A stretch of DNA of 64,000 nucleotides from positions 558,001 through 622,000 of the forward strand of contig JAHLTZ010000006.1 in NCBI GenBank assembly GCA_025786725.1, given 5' to 3'. The stretch comes from Syncephalis fuscata S228. Lineage: Eukaryota > Fungi > Zoopagomycota. A model generated the notes under the pieces. That model made no database searches. It was given only the letters and a program-made list of their open reading frames with translations, and was not told the DNA's origin. Both the position numbers and the translations under genes were made by a program. Below are positions 12,578 through 25,404 of the stretch, in pieces; within the stretch, counting starts at the first letter, position 1; each line of letters opens with the position of its first letter.

Positions 12578-15218
12578 TTACCATAAAGCAGAGACAATCT
12601 TCTTGTTGTTGGCACGCTTGAAGGTGACGGTTGGCGAGCGCCAGATGTCGTAGTCAGCGTCATGATGAGCTTTACCATATGGGCGAAGTGCCATCAACTC
12701 AACGTAGTATTTGCCATCTGGAAGATCTGATGTACGTTGGCGAGCATCCAACGTAACTAAAGTTCCAGGCCATTGAATAACACTGACGGCATTTCCGGGG
12801 CTGTTGTCATTACGGCCAACCCATTCTGTGAGAGAGCCAGGAATTAAACCAAGTAGCTTGCGCGTGGTGGCGTTGTAGACACGAGCCTGTACCTTGCGAG
12901 TCGGGTATTCAATACGGTATACCAATTCAGGGAAGTCGTTATCGGCAATTTGGTAAGTAGCGGTTTGATCTGGAGTGGAGATAGTTTCGTTGGTGCGCAA
13001 GTTTTGGAATACAGGCAATTTGCCGCTGTTTCATGACGTGTAAATCTTTAAGATTGCCCTTCATACCCAGATAAGGAACGTGAACGGCATCGTTTGTAAT
13101 GTTGGCGGTGGCGCTTGTTGCAGTATTAATGACGATATATCCAGAGTAGACCCAGTGTTCAGCGGCTGGCAAGTTTTTGGGCTCAGAGATGCGTACAGTA
13201 ATCTTTTCAGTTTCACCAGCGGCAATGCGAATACGAGTGGTGGAGAAGCTGACTGAAGCTGCCTCATCATTGAGTTGTGGCTCAGGCAATGCTACACCTG
13301 TTACATCAAGGCCATTAACAGAAGCAGCAGGACGGTGAGTAATGTAGTAGTCGCGTGCACGCTTAGCGTTGTTAGTGATTCTAAGTACTTGTTGGCTTGC
13401 TGGAGCATGCTCTGTATCGTTAAGAGCAATGCGAGACGGGCTAACGAGTGTTGTGCCGTAGATAGCACGTTCGACATTAAGCAAGCCGGCGCCCTGACGT
13501 GCTACAGGACTTGTGCGCTGGTCGGCCTTGACTTCAGTGGTGGGACGTGCCGTATTCTGGAAAAGCTGGTGGATGCGTCCCAAATTCAAATTACGCTTCT
13601 TGGTGGCCTCGAGGTAAAGAGCAATTGAGCCAGCCATGTAAGGTGTGGCCATGGAGGTGCCACTGAGTGTAGCATACTTACCCATGTCAAGCGGGTAAGT
13701 AGAGTAGATCATGCCGCCAGGTGCGCCAATGTCTGGCTTCATTTCTACACGAGGGCCCGGACCCCACGAGGAGAAGGATGAGAGACGGCCAGCAGTAGGA
13801 TTTTCAAAGCCAAGCTGTTCTGAGCTAAAGACAATTTGAGCCTGAGCATCATTTTGGACACCGGCGACCAAAGCTTCACCATCAGCTTGGGCAACACCGA
13901 CGACAGGAATGGTGACAGCGGGGTCTTCAACACCTGGTGTAATACTGCCAAACACATTGTTGTATACAATAACACCAATGGCACCAGCTTGTTGGGCATT
14001 TTTGGCTTTGTCGACAAACGAGCATGTGCCACGTTTGATCAAGACTACCTTGTTTTTTAGATCAACGGTTGTTGGCTTGCAGGCATCCTTGTTGTCGCCT
14101 GCATCGTAAACACTGACTGCGGCAGTCTTCATGTTAACCGCACCCTCTTTAGAGCTTGCGTATGGAAAGTGCTTGGTGGGGGCTGATGCCAATGATAAAG
14201 TATAGGCACGGTACTTGATATTGTCCAATGAAGCAACTGAAAAGGCACTGGGCGCAATCGCAGGCGAAGATGCCTCCCAAAGACCTTTGGTAGCAGAGTT
14301 ACCCATGGCGGCAACGACAATTAGACCCTTGCGGGAAAGGCGTTCAGCCACGACAGCATCGGGACTCTGGCCCCAGGAGCTATCACCACCCAAAGACAAA
14401 TTGACAATATCCATCTTTTCTTTAAAGGCACGCTCTAACGCGGCAATAATCACGTCATTTTCGGCGGATCCTTTGCAGCCGAAGACGCGATAGGCACCAA
14501 ATGTAACTTTGGGTGCAACACCTACAAATGTTGCATCGTCAGCACCAATGATACCGGCAACGTGTGTACCGTGTCCGGCACAAGTATCGCGGGGATCGGC
14601 ATCAGGCACGGGTAGGGTCTTTCCACCAGTGTAGGCATCACCGACAAAATCCCAGCCAGTGGCTACACGGCACTTTGGGCCAAAGCAACCACCCAAGCCT
14701 GGGTGCATGTAGTCGATACCAGTGTCGATAACACCGACTCTTAAGCCAGCACCACCAAGGTTATTTTTGGTGTGCAAAATGTCGACACCAGTCATGGTGT
14801 GCGTGTATGGTAACCCCTTATCTTCAACAAAGTTGGATACTTCAAAATGAGGAACAAATACTTTGCGGATGGGCCAGACGCGCTTGACACCGGTCATGTT
14901 TGCAACCAAATCAATATTGGTGGTGTCCAGCTCCAAGCTAAGTGCGTTCATGGAAGTGCTGAAACTAAAGCGTTCGTCAAATCCAATATTACGGTTGCGT
15001 AGTTCTTGACGGAAATTGTTTTGTTGAGGTGCCACGGCAGCGGTATCCGGCTCTTCGCTGAGCTCAACCATATAGGCATTTTTGACAATGTTGGTAGCCG
15101 GATGATTAGAAGGTGGTGCAAGAAACCGGCTTTGGTTAGCGGAACGTTGCTGCTGGGCGAGACCGTTGCTTGCGGCCAGCATCAATAATAAGGTTGTAAT
15201 AAGCGTCGACTTCATCAT
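12578..15218 (-). CDS. Secreted subtilisin-like S8A protease with I9 prodomain, PA domain and Fn3-like C-terminus; intronless; one -1 frameshift near 13030
   Basis: Signal peptide. Catalytic motifs VIDTGID, GHGTHVAG and SGTSMATP. PA motif LIKRGTCSFVDKAKNAQQAGA. ORF 12578..13018 continues the protein in the adjacent frame. Confidence 0.93.
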
Positions 15219-16756
15219 AAAATCGCGCAGAAATCGTAAATGGAAATAAAGAATAGAATAGAATTAAACGTCAGTTGATAGTAACAATTCAGCAGTGCTG
15301 GCGTTAAAATAATAGAATCAAGTAAAAACACGTTCGTAAACAGAGTAAAAATATCGTCAATAGAGACTAGAAATAGGTGGTGATATCGTAAAGGCAAGGT
15401 TAGTTATGTTGATGTTGATAGCAAGCCGTATACAAACTTATAGCAAGTTATATAGTATGCAAAATGCTTGAAGCATAGGCGACTTTATTGTGCCATCACG
15501 TGCAGGCTATTGTGTCCTATGCTTTTCCAAATAAGCCATGTAATATATTGTGCCATTCAGCATTTTTGACAAATGCACAACGTGATAGGTCATGCGTGTA
15601 ACAACATTGGACATTAACCAGTGTGGGCACTGTTTTTTTTTAATAATTCGGCAAACGAGATAATATAGGCCTTATTAATTTTACAAATGTTGCTAGTTTG
15701 TGAAACAATGAACTGGCAGTTTTACGGATGTACTGGTCCCGCAAACTACGACACACAAAGAAAGGGCCGACATTTGCCATGAAAATCTCATTTTGCCACC
15801 ATTTTTATCATTAAAAAACAGATGTTAATCTGATCCAGTGGATAAGCATTCTTACCATTGTAAATGGGATCTGTTGGTTAAGCTAGAGTTTACTCGGGCC
15901 TAGCACGTTTACTAGCATGACATGTTAATCATAAATTTTACTCTGCAAAAGTTTTGCCTATCTATTTGTACAACTATACAATAGTGAGGCAGATAGTGAT
16001 GGTAAATAAGAGCACAGACATTATGCAACCTATGACTGTATAACATCGACTATAATGTTGTGTTTGCTTTAAAACAAGACAGCTGATTGTTAAAATTGAA
16101 CATGTATCTAATCTATGGCCCATTTACTTGTTTAATGGTTATATTAGCATGTTATCTACCAGAAAAGCAAAATATAATGGTGCAAAGTACTTTTATTGTA
16201 CAAACAATCAATATTCGATATAATAGCTTGGGTACTTGGCACCTTATTTGTTTCACATATCAACGAAATGGCCTTTATGCATCAGATTATTATAAGCCGC
16301 GTAAACCTGAAATATGTGGAACAGTACAGTACAACCATACTAATTTGAGCTCTATTGCTACCATAGTTTTTATGAAAAATAATAACACTGAGTAATATAT
16401 TGGAATTAAATGGTATTTTAGCTATATCAAAATTAACAAAAAACTTATTGTTATTACCAAATATAATATACGAATTATTTGGTGTCTTCTATTTTTACAA
16501 CTATAATAAATATTCTTTTGTTCATATTTCTAAAACTGTTCTCTGTTTCATAAAACATAATTATATAAATAATATATATATTGGCCATAAATAGAAGTAT
16601 ATTTTAGATCACTAAGACTTAGACTGCCAATTAGCACATGAAAATGTAGGAGTAAATAGCTATATTAACCAGCTCAATTTAATAAAACAATTGCTTGTCA
16701 ATATCCTAAAAAATTCAAGATTAAACAGTTAAAAATGTCATAGTTTTTATTGACCA

Positions 16757-18375
16757 TTAATGAAATTCAGGCTCGAAACCTATAACTAGAAGCTCATTTT
16801 CACTTCCAATCAACATATGACCCGGAGTTACGCTAAAATATTTGACGGACGGTATTGAAAATGAATGAACATTCCACTCGCCAGTTGCTACATCAACAAT
16901 ACAATATTGGTTTAAATCCGGGCTTCTGACAAAAATTAACGTATCAATAATGTGTTTAGGATTGATACGACTGTTATGAAAAGCGCTAATATCAATACGG
17001 CGCAACATTTCTCCATTTAACAATGAGATAACAAGTAGTGATGGAACTCTTACAGAGTAAATTATTAATAGGTTATTTTCTGGTATTATGATATTACAAT
17101 TAAATTCGTATTCAATAGAATTATTTTCCCATATCAATCCTTCAGGTATTGAAATAACAGCTATATAGGCTTTTGTTATTTGTTGAGAAAAAGTAATAGT
17201 TCCCTGTTCAATACAAGTAATCTTGGAAACTAAAACTCGATTCTGATCTATTCTAACAACGTTAGGACCCTTTGAATAAGTATCACCAATCGTATTAAGA
17301 CGGCCAGAATTAGTGGTCGTCATATGGGACTCATTAATTGTTGTTTTGCCAGATAGCGATTTTGTTGATGTATGAGTTATATCATAGTTAATTAAGCCTT
17401 CGTGCTGTAAACAGTGTAATACGTATATATTATCTTTATCATTCATTTGAGGTACATATATACCATGTTGAGATTTTGTTGGAATGGTTATTATTGGTTG
17501 CTCACAAGGCGAATTTGAAAAAATATCGCGTATGATCGTTATAGAGCCATGGAGATGATGCTGCGCAGTGGAACTGGCACCTGGATTGTTGAAATAAAAT
17601 ATAGTAGGTGAAATAATTTCACGATCGGGCGAATGCCTTATTAAAATACTTCGAACTAGCTGGCGATTTTTTACGTTCCATAATTGCAGTATTTCACGTT
17701 CTAAGCAGCACTGTATATGACTAAAGCTACATAGATGGTAGTATTGAGTTTCTTTTTATCACAACTAGCAAGACCACTAAAATTATACTGTTGTTGTTGG
17801 CTATTAATAAATCTTACGCTAGACATTGTTGCCGAATAGCTTAATGGCCAGTCTAGTTTGTGCAGTATAGCTGGCTTTTTGTTCACAATCTCAATTAAAT
17901 ATGCAAATCCAGATGCATAATCAGCCGAAACAATCCAACCAGGACAAGAAGTTATTGAAAGTAGCCATTTAAACCGACAGTTTAGAGGGACCTTGTTTTG
18001 AAAAGTAATTACTTTGGAACTTGATATAATACGGTTTTTCATCCAATTGTGGTGCAACCTTTTACGTTGAACATACCGCTGTACCCATGATTGCTCTTTT
18101 ATTGGCGTGTTTTTCGGTTCTTCCGATCCTTTTAATAACGATTGTTCACAAGTTAAACGCCATTGTAGCCAGTTGATTTTTAAATCTGAATTTAAAGGAA
18201 AATCACGCTTATACAAATTATACCAAATAATTTTGTTATTAACTAGAGTGCTATGTAGAGATGTGCAAGTACGCGACAAAGCAATAATTGCACTAATGTC
18301 ACAGAATCGTGCTATATATTGAACTAGCTCAATAGATAACCATATTTTTGACAAAGTGTCATTTGAAGATAACAT
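16757..18375 (-). CDS. F-box-like protein with beta-rich C-terminus, intronless; the two listed ORFs join across one -1 frameshift at ~17703
   Basis: N-terminal F-box-like segment (IELVQYIARFCDISAIIALSRTCTSLH...WYNLYKRDFP). The frame ERELLQLWNVKNRQLVRS-like sequence runs without stops from ~17700 into ORF 16757..17446. Confidence 0.75.
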
Positions 18376-18661
18376 TGCGAAAATAGAAAGAGGCTAAATG
18401 GCTGATAGTGCAATACAGGTTAAAGGCCTTTGACAATTTCAAAGGCTAAACTATTTAGGCATGTATCCAACTAGTTTTATTTATTAATAGCTTTCATGCA
18501 CGTGAACATTACTAAAATAATAAGTTTAAAAGCAAATCATTACTTAATTCAGTTATTTTTGGATATAACAATAATTGTGCATAATATGGAAATAAAGTTT
18601 TTTGACTAATTTAAAATAGCATGTACGTTTATCAGACAAGTCACTACATGTTGTTTATTTA

Positions 18662-21338
18662 TATCATACTACAATTTAACTAATTACCACTAACATAATA
18701 GTAAAATGGATACTAACACTTTATTAAAATACAACCATTTGTGCATCTATATTGAACATGTAACATCCGCGTATTTTAAACATAAGAATATTATATACCT
18801 TTTAAGACTATTATTCAATGAGCCAAAAGTCCAGCTCACGACAACGTAATTTCAACAACTATAATGAACGGATCATTAAAAATATTGTATAGTATATCCG
18901 GGCCAATAAAACCAATCGAGTTTTTTAGTTTCAAGCAAAAATAAACAGCTGGCTATTTGGGTATCATCTTTAATGCAATTATATCTGATTATTATGAATT
19001 ACTCAGTTTTCCCACACAAGAATTGCTACACACACATTTTATCGTATTCCATACGCTATTTTTCACTTGTACAGGACCTATCTATATAGCTGATTAGATC
19101 TTCCTAACAATAATAAATAGCTAATTAATTTTAACTTATATTTTTATGCATTTTATATAACTATAGTTGCTAATTTATTTTTATTGCAGCGTTATAATCT
19201 ATTAAAATGGATAAACCAACAATGGAATATTTTATAAACGCTCAAGAATCATTGTTGCTTATTTAGCATTCCGCTGTTGGTATTTTATGCAAAAATGATA
19301 CGAATAACTATGCTAAAATAATAAAAATAATTAGCTATTACAAGTGTAAAGACGGTTAAAATAACTGTGAGGATATAACTATGATGATGGTGGAGATTAT
19401 TTATATTGAAGCTGATTAGAATTACTAATATGGTAATTATAATAACAATACTGCAATTGCCGTATTAGCGGCAATAGTAAATATAGTTTTTTTTATTAAT
19501 ATAAAATGTAATTACTAACACACACAATTTAAACATTATAAATTTCAATATTGGTTGTTATGCTTTATCTTTGTAAAAATGCCAATTATCCAGCACTAGA
19601 CTGTTTGTTTATTTGTTTCCGTACATTAGTATCAGTTACAATATACTGTTACAGCTAAAAGTTGCACAATTAAGTAGATGTAATATTTTATTTTTGCTTA
19701 TAATTCTTATATCGATTCTTGTTTTATTTCCATTGCCTGACTTTTTCCTTTACTAGAAAGCATAGAAGGAAAATCTGAATTATTGTCTCCAATAGTTGAG
19801 CTTTAGAAAAATTAACTTTTTACATATGGATAGTTAGCTTCACTGTTGCCTTTAACACCAATGCCTGGGTTGTTGTTCGTTGCCACAAATACTGTTTTAG
19901 CGCTATCGTCTTGATGAGCAGTATCATCGTTGTAAAAACGATTCCATGGAAGTTTGGCTGGTGGTATTTTAGCGGGTTTCTGACCATTACCCCCCTCGCC
20001 AACTACTGTGCCATCACGAGTAGCCTTGGCTCCAGACGGAATAGTAACAATTTTGCGATTAAAAAAGTGTTCTTTGCCGTCTTTTTTGCCATCGGTATAG
20101 GCCCATTCAGGAATCTTTGGTCTGCCAGATAACTGAGCCACAAACAACTCAGGACCGGTAAGACTACCTGTGTTACTGCCCCCGTTGATTTCAATGTCAA
20201 CACAGTTCATGAAGTACTCACGGTTGCCCTGAGCATTAATCCAAGCCCAAGCGAATATCGCGGCCCCGTTTTTAGCTCCCTTAGGCAGTGGGATGTTATA
20301 GACCCATGGTGCCTTGTCCATAAAACACATTTCAATTATGGTTTTGAGTACCACCCAGTTTTGACCATTGTCATAGGAAATTGCAAACTGGCAATGTCCA
20401 CCCCGGTGCGAGTTACCGGTCTTGAACATTACAGCAAATGACTTGCCGGCCGTGTACTTGGCCATAACTGGGCCTTTTCTTTGATGGCGGCATGGATATT
20501 TACCAGTGTATTTGGGGTCGTTCAATGGTGCATGAAGATTGTGATCGGCGATGTTAAAGTATTGCTTCTGTATACGGGGATCACCACGAGCAATGGGTGC
20601 ATATAATTTCATGTGGCCAGTCACGTTTTGTAGTGCGCTAAGACCGAGCACGGTCATAGTAGCAATTTGTATTAAGGTTAACATAGCTTGTTATCAAGTA
20701 ATGTGTTTGGAAGTAGCGGGAAATAAGTTGGTTGCTTTAACAAGGTGCTAGGTCGTTGATAAACAAGCTTTAGAAGGTAGAAAAAAGGGTAGGGGAGTAT
20801 TGTAAAGATATAGAATCCTAGTTTACATTCGCATAAGACGGGCTTTTTATAAAAATTTGAGCTATAAAACCTTGGTATGGATGTTACATAACCGGTGTTG
20901 TAATTGTATCAAAACTGGTAATATAAAGCTTGCCAATACTATGGAAATAACGACGTTCAATAATCTAGCCTATTATTTAGCAACAGTGTTTTCGGCTACA
21001 TAATAAATATTAACGGGTAACTTAAAGTGGCCAATAATAAAAGTGTTTGATGTGTATGAAATGTGGCGATACAGCAATCTGCAGTTTCGTTACTATTTTT
21101 GGAAATACTAGATAGCCTCATTATAAAAAGCTCCAAACTGCAAATAGATACAACAAAGTGGTATTTCATAGTACCTTGTGCCCTTTCTAGTACAAATGAA
21201 TTTTATTAACTGATTTCGAAACGTATTTTCAAACACATACATCGCATCAGCCTCCATCCATAATGCCTACACTCCGCAGCCTGGTATCCGTGAATATTAA
21301 TTATGTTTTGTTTATTGGCATTTTAATAATCTCATTTA
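18662..21338. repeat. Left arm of long inverted repeat (palindrome), ~2.68 kb
   Basis: Reverse complement of 21463..24137. I saw only a few substitutions and two 1-bp indels between the arms. Confidence 0.97.
19812..20684 (-). CDS. AA11-like lytic polysaccharide monooxygenase, copy 1 (intact, 290 aa)
   Basis: 23-aa signal peptide followed by His1 (VTG|HMKL). SHRGGHCQFAISYD gives the second His. WAWINAQGNREYFMNC matches AA11 motifs. Confidence 0.85.
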   Translation of the reverse strand: MLTLIQIATMTVLGLSALQNVTGHMKLYAPIARGDPRIQKQYFNIADHNLHAPLNDPKYTGKYPCRHQRKGPVMAKYTAGKSFAVMFKTGNSHRGGHCQFAISYDNGQNWVVLKTIIEMCFMDKAPWVYNIPLPKGAKNGAAIFAWAWINAQGNREYFMNCVDIEINGGSNTGSLTGPELFVAQLSGRPKIPEWAYTDGKKDGKEHFFNRKIVTIPSGAKATRDGTVVGEGGNGQKPAKIPPAKLPWNRFYNDDTAHQDDSAKTVFVATNNNPGIGVKGNSEANYPYVKS

Positions 21339-21462
21339 ATAAAATATGGCAATCAAAACCAGTTGAAGTAGAAAAACTAAAGAGTTAAACTGCACACTTT
21401 TATTATATTGCAAATGGGGTTTTACTTGTACAAAACATAACTATATATGGTGCAAATTATTG

Positions 21463-24137
21463 TAAATGAGATTATTAAAATGCCAATAAACAAAACATAA
21501 TTAATATTCACGGATACCAGGCTGCGGAGTGTAGGCATTGTGGATGGAGGCTGATGCGATGTATGTGTTTGAAAATACGTTTCGAAATCAGTTAATAAAA
21601 TTCATTTGTACTAGAAAGGGCACAAGGTACTATGAAATACCACTTTGTTGTATCTATTTGCAGTTTGGAACTTTTTATAATGAGGCTATCTAGTATTTCC
21701 AAAAATAGTAACGAAACTGCAGATTGCTGTATCGCCACATTTCATACACATCAAACACTTTTATTATTGGCCACTTTAAGTTACCCGTTAATATTTATTA
21801 TGTAGCCGAAAACACTGTTGCTAAATAATAGGCTAGATTATTGAACGTCGTTATTTCCATAGTATTGGCAAGCTTTATATTACCAGTTTTGATACAATTA
21901 CAACACCGGTTATGTAACATCCATACCAAGGTTTTATAGCTCAAATTTTTATAAAAAGCCCGTCTTATGCGAATGTAAACTAGGATTCTATATCTTTACA
22001 ATACTCCCCTACCCTTTTTTCTACCTTCTAAAGCTTGTTTATCAACGACCTAGCACCTTGTTAAAGCAACCAACTTATTTCCCGCTACTTCCAAACACAT
22101 TACTTGATAACAAGCTATGTTAACCTTAATACAAATTGCTACTATGACCGTGCTCGGTCTTAGCGCACTACAAAACGTGACTGGCCACATGAAATTATAT
22201 GCACCCATTGCTCGTGGTGATCCCCGTATACAGAAGCAATACTTTAACATCGCCGATCACAATCTTCATGCACCATTGAACGACCCCAAATACACTGGTA
22301 AATATCCATGCCGCCATCAAAGAAAAGGCCCAGTTATGGCCAAGTACACGGCCGGCAAGTCATTTGCTGTAATGTTCAAGACCGGTAACTCGCACCGGGG
22401 TGGACATTGCCAGTTTGCAATTTCCTATGACAATGGTCAAAACTGGGTGGTACTCAAAACCATAATTGAAATGTGTTTTATGGACAAGGCACCATGGGTC
22501 TATAACATCCCACTGCCTAAGGGAGCTAAAAACGGGGCCGCGATATTGCTTGGGCTTGGATTAATGCTCAGGGCAACCGTGAGTACTTCATGAACTGTGT
22601 TGACATTGAAATCAACGGGGGCAGTAACACAGGTAGTCTTACCGGTCCTGAGTTGTTTGTGGCTCAGTTATCTGGCAGACCAAAGATTCCTGAATGGGCC
22701 TATACCGATGGCAAAAAAGACGGCAAAGAACACTTTTTTAATCGCAAAATTGTTACTATTCCGTCTGGAGCCAAGGCTACTCGTGATGGCACAGTAGTTG
22801 GCGAGGGGGGTAATGGTCAGAACCCGCTAAAATACCACCAGCCAAACTTCCATGGAATCGTTTTTACAACGATGATACTGCTCATCAAGACGATAGCGCT
22901 AAAACAGTATTTGTGGCAACGAACAACAACCCAGGCATTGGTGTTAAAGGCAACAGTGAAGCTAACTATCCATATGTAAAAAGTTAATTTTTCTAAAGCT
23001 CAACTATTGGAGACAATAATTCAGATTTTCCTTCTATGCTTTCTAGTAAAGGAAAAAGTCAGGCAATGGAAATAAAACAAGAATCGATATAAGAATTATA
23101 AGCAAAAATAAAATATTACATCTACTTAATTGTGCAACTTTTAGCTGTAACAGTATATTGTAACTGATACTAATGTACGGAAACAAATAAACAAACAGTC
23201 TAGTGCTGGATAATTGGCATTTTTACAAAGATAAAGCATAACAACCAATATTGAAATTTATAATGTTTAAATTGTGTGTGTTAGTAATTACATTTTATAT
23301 TAATAAAAAAAACTATATTTACTATTGCCGCTAATACGGCAATTGCAGTATTGTTATTATAATTACCATATTAGTAATTCTAATCAGCTTCAATATAAAT
23401 AATCTCCACCATCATCATAGTTATATCATCACAGTTATTTTAACCGTCTTTACACTTGTAATAGCTAATTATTTTTATTATTTTAGCATAGTTATTCGTA
23501 TCATTTTTGCATAAAATACCAACAGCGGAATGCTAAATAAGCAACAATGATTCTTGAGCGTTTATAAAATATTCCATTGTTGGTTTATCCATTTTAATAG
23601 ATTATAACGCTGCAATAAAAATAAATTAGCAACTATAGTTATATAAAATGCATAAAAATATAAGTTAAAATTAATTAGCTATTTATTATTGTTAGGAAGA
23701 TCTAATCAGCTATATAGATAGGTCCTGTACAAGTGAAAAATAGCGTATGGAATACGATAAAATGTGTGTGTAGCAATTCTTGTGTGGGAAAACTGAGTAA
23801 TTCATAATAATCAGATATAATTGCATTAAAGATGATACCCAAATAGCCAGCTGTTTATTTTTGCTTGAAACTAAAAAACTCGATTGGTTTTATTGGCCCG
23901 GATATACTATACAATATTTTTAATGATCCGTTCATTATAGTTGTTGAAATTACGTTGTCGTGAGCTGGACTTTTGGCTCATTGAATAATAGTCTTAAAAG
24001 GTATATAATATTCTTATGTTTAAAATACGCGGATGTTACATGTTCAATATAGATGCACAAATGGTTGTATTTTAATAAAGTGTTAGTATCCATTTTACTA
24101 TTATGTTAGTGGTAATTAGTTAAATTGTAGTATGATA
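21463..24137. repeat. Right arm of long inverted repeat; unique spacer 21339..21462 (124 bp)
   Basis: Reverse complement of 18662..21338. Confidence 0.97.
22117..22987 (+). CDS. AA11-like LPMO, copy 2 (two -1 frameshifts near 22547 and 22821; sequencing error or recent pseudogene)
   Basis: Matches copy 1 apart from two single-base deletions that split it into ORFs 22117..22593 and 22590..22979. Confidence 0.85.
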
Positions 24138-24326
24138 AATTTTTATTAAAATTAAAGCTATATAAACTGATGGATAAAGATCTAATTTTCTATTAGTATT
24201 TATTTTAAATAATAATAAAAACTTACCTTTTTAAGTTGATACTCAAAAAATAGTTGTCGCGATTTTTTTTTGCTTTGCTGGATTATTAATTTTAAATACC
24301 ATTTTAATTTGAAAGATATAGTGATT

Positions 24327-25404
24327 TTAGACATCAGCAGGGCTAGCATTCATATCTTGGTTATCTTTGGGAATATCAGTAAACTCATTTAAAAGGTTGA
24401 GTTCTTCGAAGATACTAGATTCAGACGATAGGGAGTCATTATCCCAAAGTAGTTCTCTGCTGGCATCTGGTGCTTGACCAGAAGACATAGCAATAGTGTT
24501 TTCTGAAACATTTGCTTCAGTTGATGCTTCTTGTTTTTCGCTTTTCATAAAAATAAAATTATATGCAGCCTCCAATTCCGCATCACTAGATGCTGATAGA
24601 TTATTGTTTCTTTTATCTTGAATATTTTCGGGTAATGATTCAATTAGCAAAGACTGTCCAATGACTTGACGACGATCTTCTAGTTCTTGTTCCAATGCTT
24701 TTAATCGATCAGATTCTCTTTGGATAGCTTGTTCTCGACAACTGTTTTCTTCTTCCATGGAAAGCATTAGTGCCAATTCCATCCCCAAAATGTCCTCATG
24801 GGTGGCTAAAAATGCTTCTTCGCCAAATGAAATTACTGAGCTTGATGTTGCTACCGATGTTGATGCTGAAGGCCCCGTTAATAATGATGACAAAGGTGAA
24901 AGTTGTTGCGTGTTATTTTCACCAAAATGTTCATTAGTATTGTGTCTCTACGTTTAATTATAATGATTAGTTAATGATAAGAATATTATTCTAAATGCAA
25001 ATTCTTACTTTTCTTGGTATATTGGATGTGGAAGATTGTGGCCTTTGAGTACGCCTACGTAAGAAACGTTGCATTCGGCGAACAATTGGATTTATTAATG
25101 TTCCTGGATTAAATCGTCCACGGAAAAAACCGCCAAAATCAACAGAGGTTGACGGTCCAGCAAGCAATAATGGGCGATGTTCAGTATCTACAGATAAACG
25201 TTTTTCAGCTACTGGTGTACGAGCTTTTGAGGAAGTATTTTCTTGCTCAAATGAGATGCCATTTATGTGCTGGCCTCTGGATTCAACAAGCTGATCGGTA
25301 GAATAAATTGGACGAATCCATTGACGATAGGCATAATGACCGGCAGCGGCAACACATAAAATTACTGCTGCAGCAATGGCAGCAACAGCAATTGGAGCAG
25401 GCAT
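24327..25404 (-). CDS. N-terminally anchored protein with a UIM-like motif (2 exons)
   Basis: Hydrophobic N-terminus (IAVAAIAAAVILCVAAAG). A gtaaga...cgtag intron (~24949-25008) joins the two ORFs in frame. EDILGMELALMLSMEEE resembles a ubiquitin-interacting motif. Confidence 0.6.

Noticed and set aside
16087-16594. Short plus-strand ORFs
   Set aside because: Non-ATG starts, AT-rich, no recognisable motifs.
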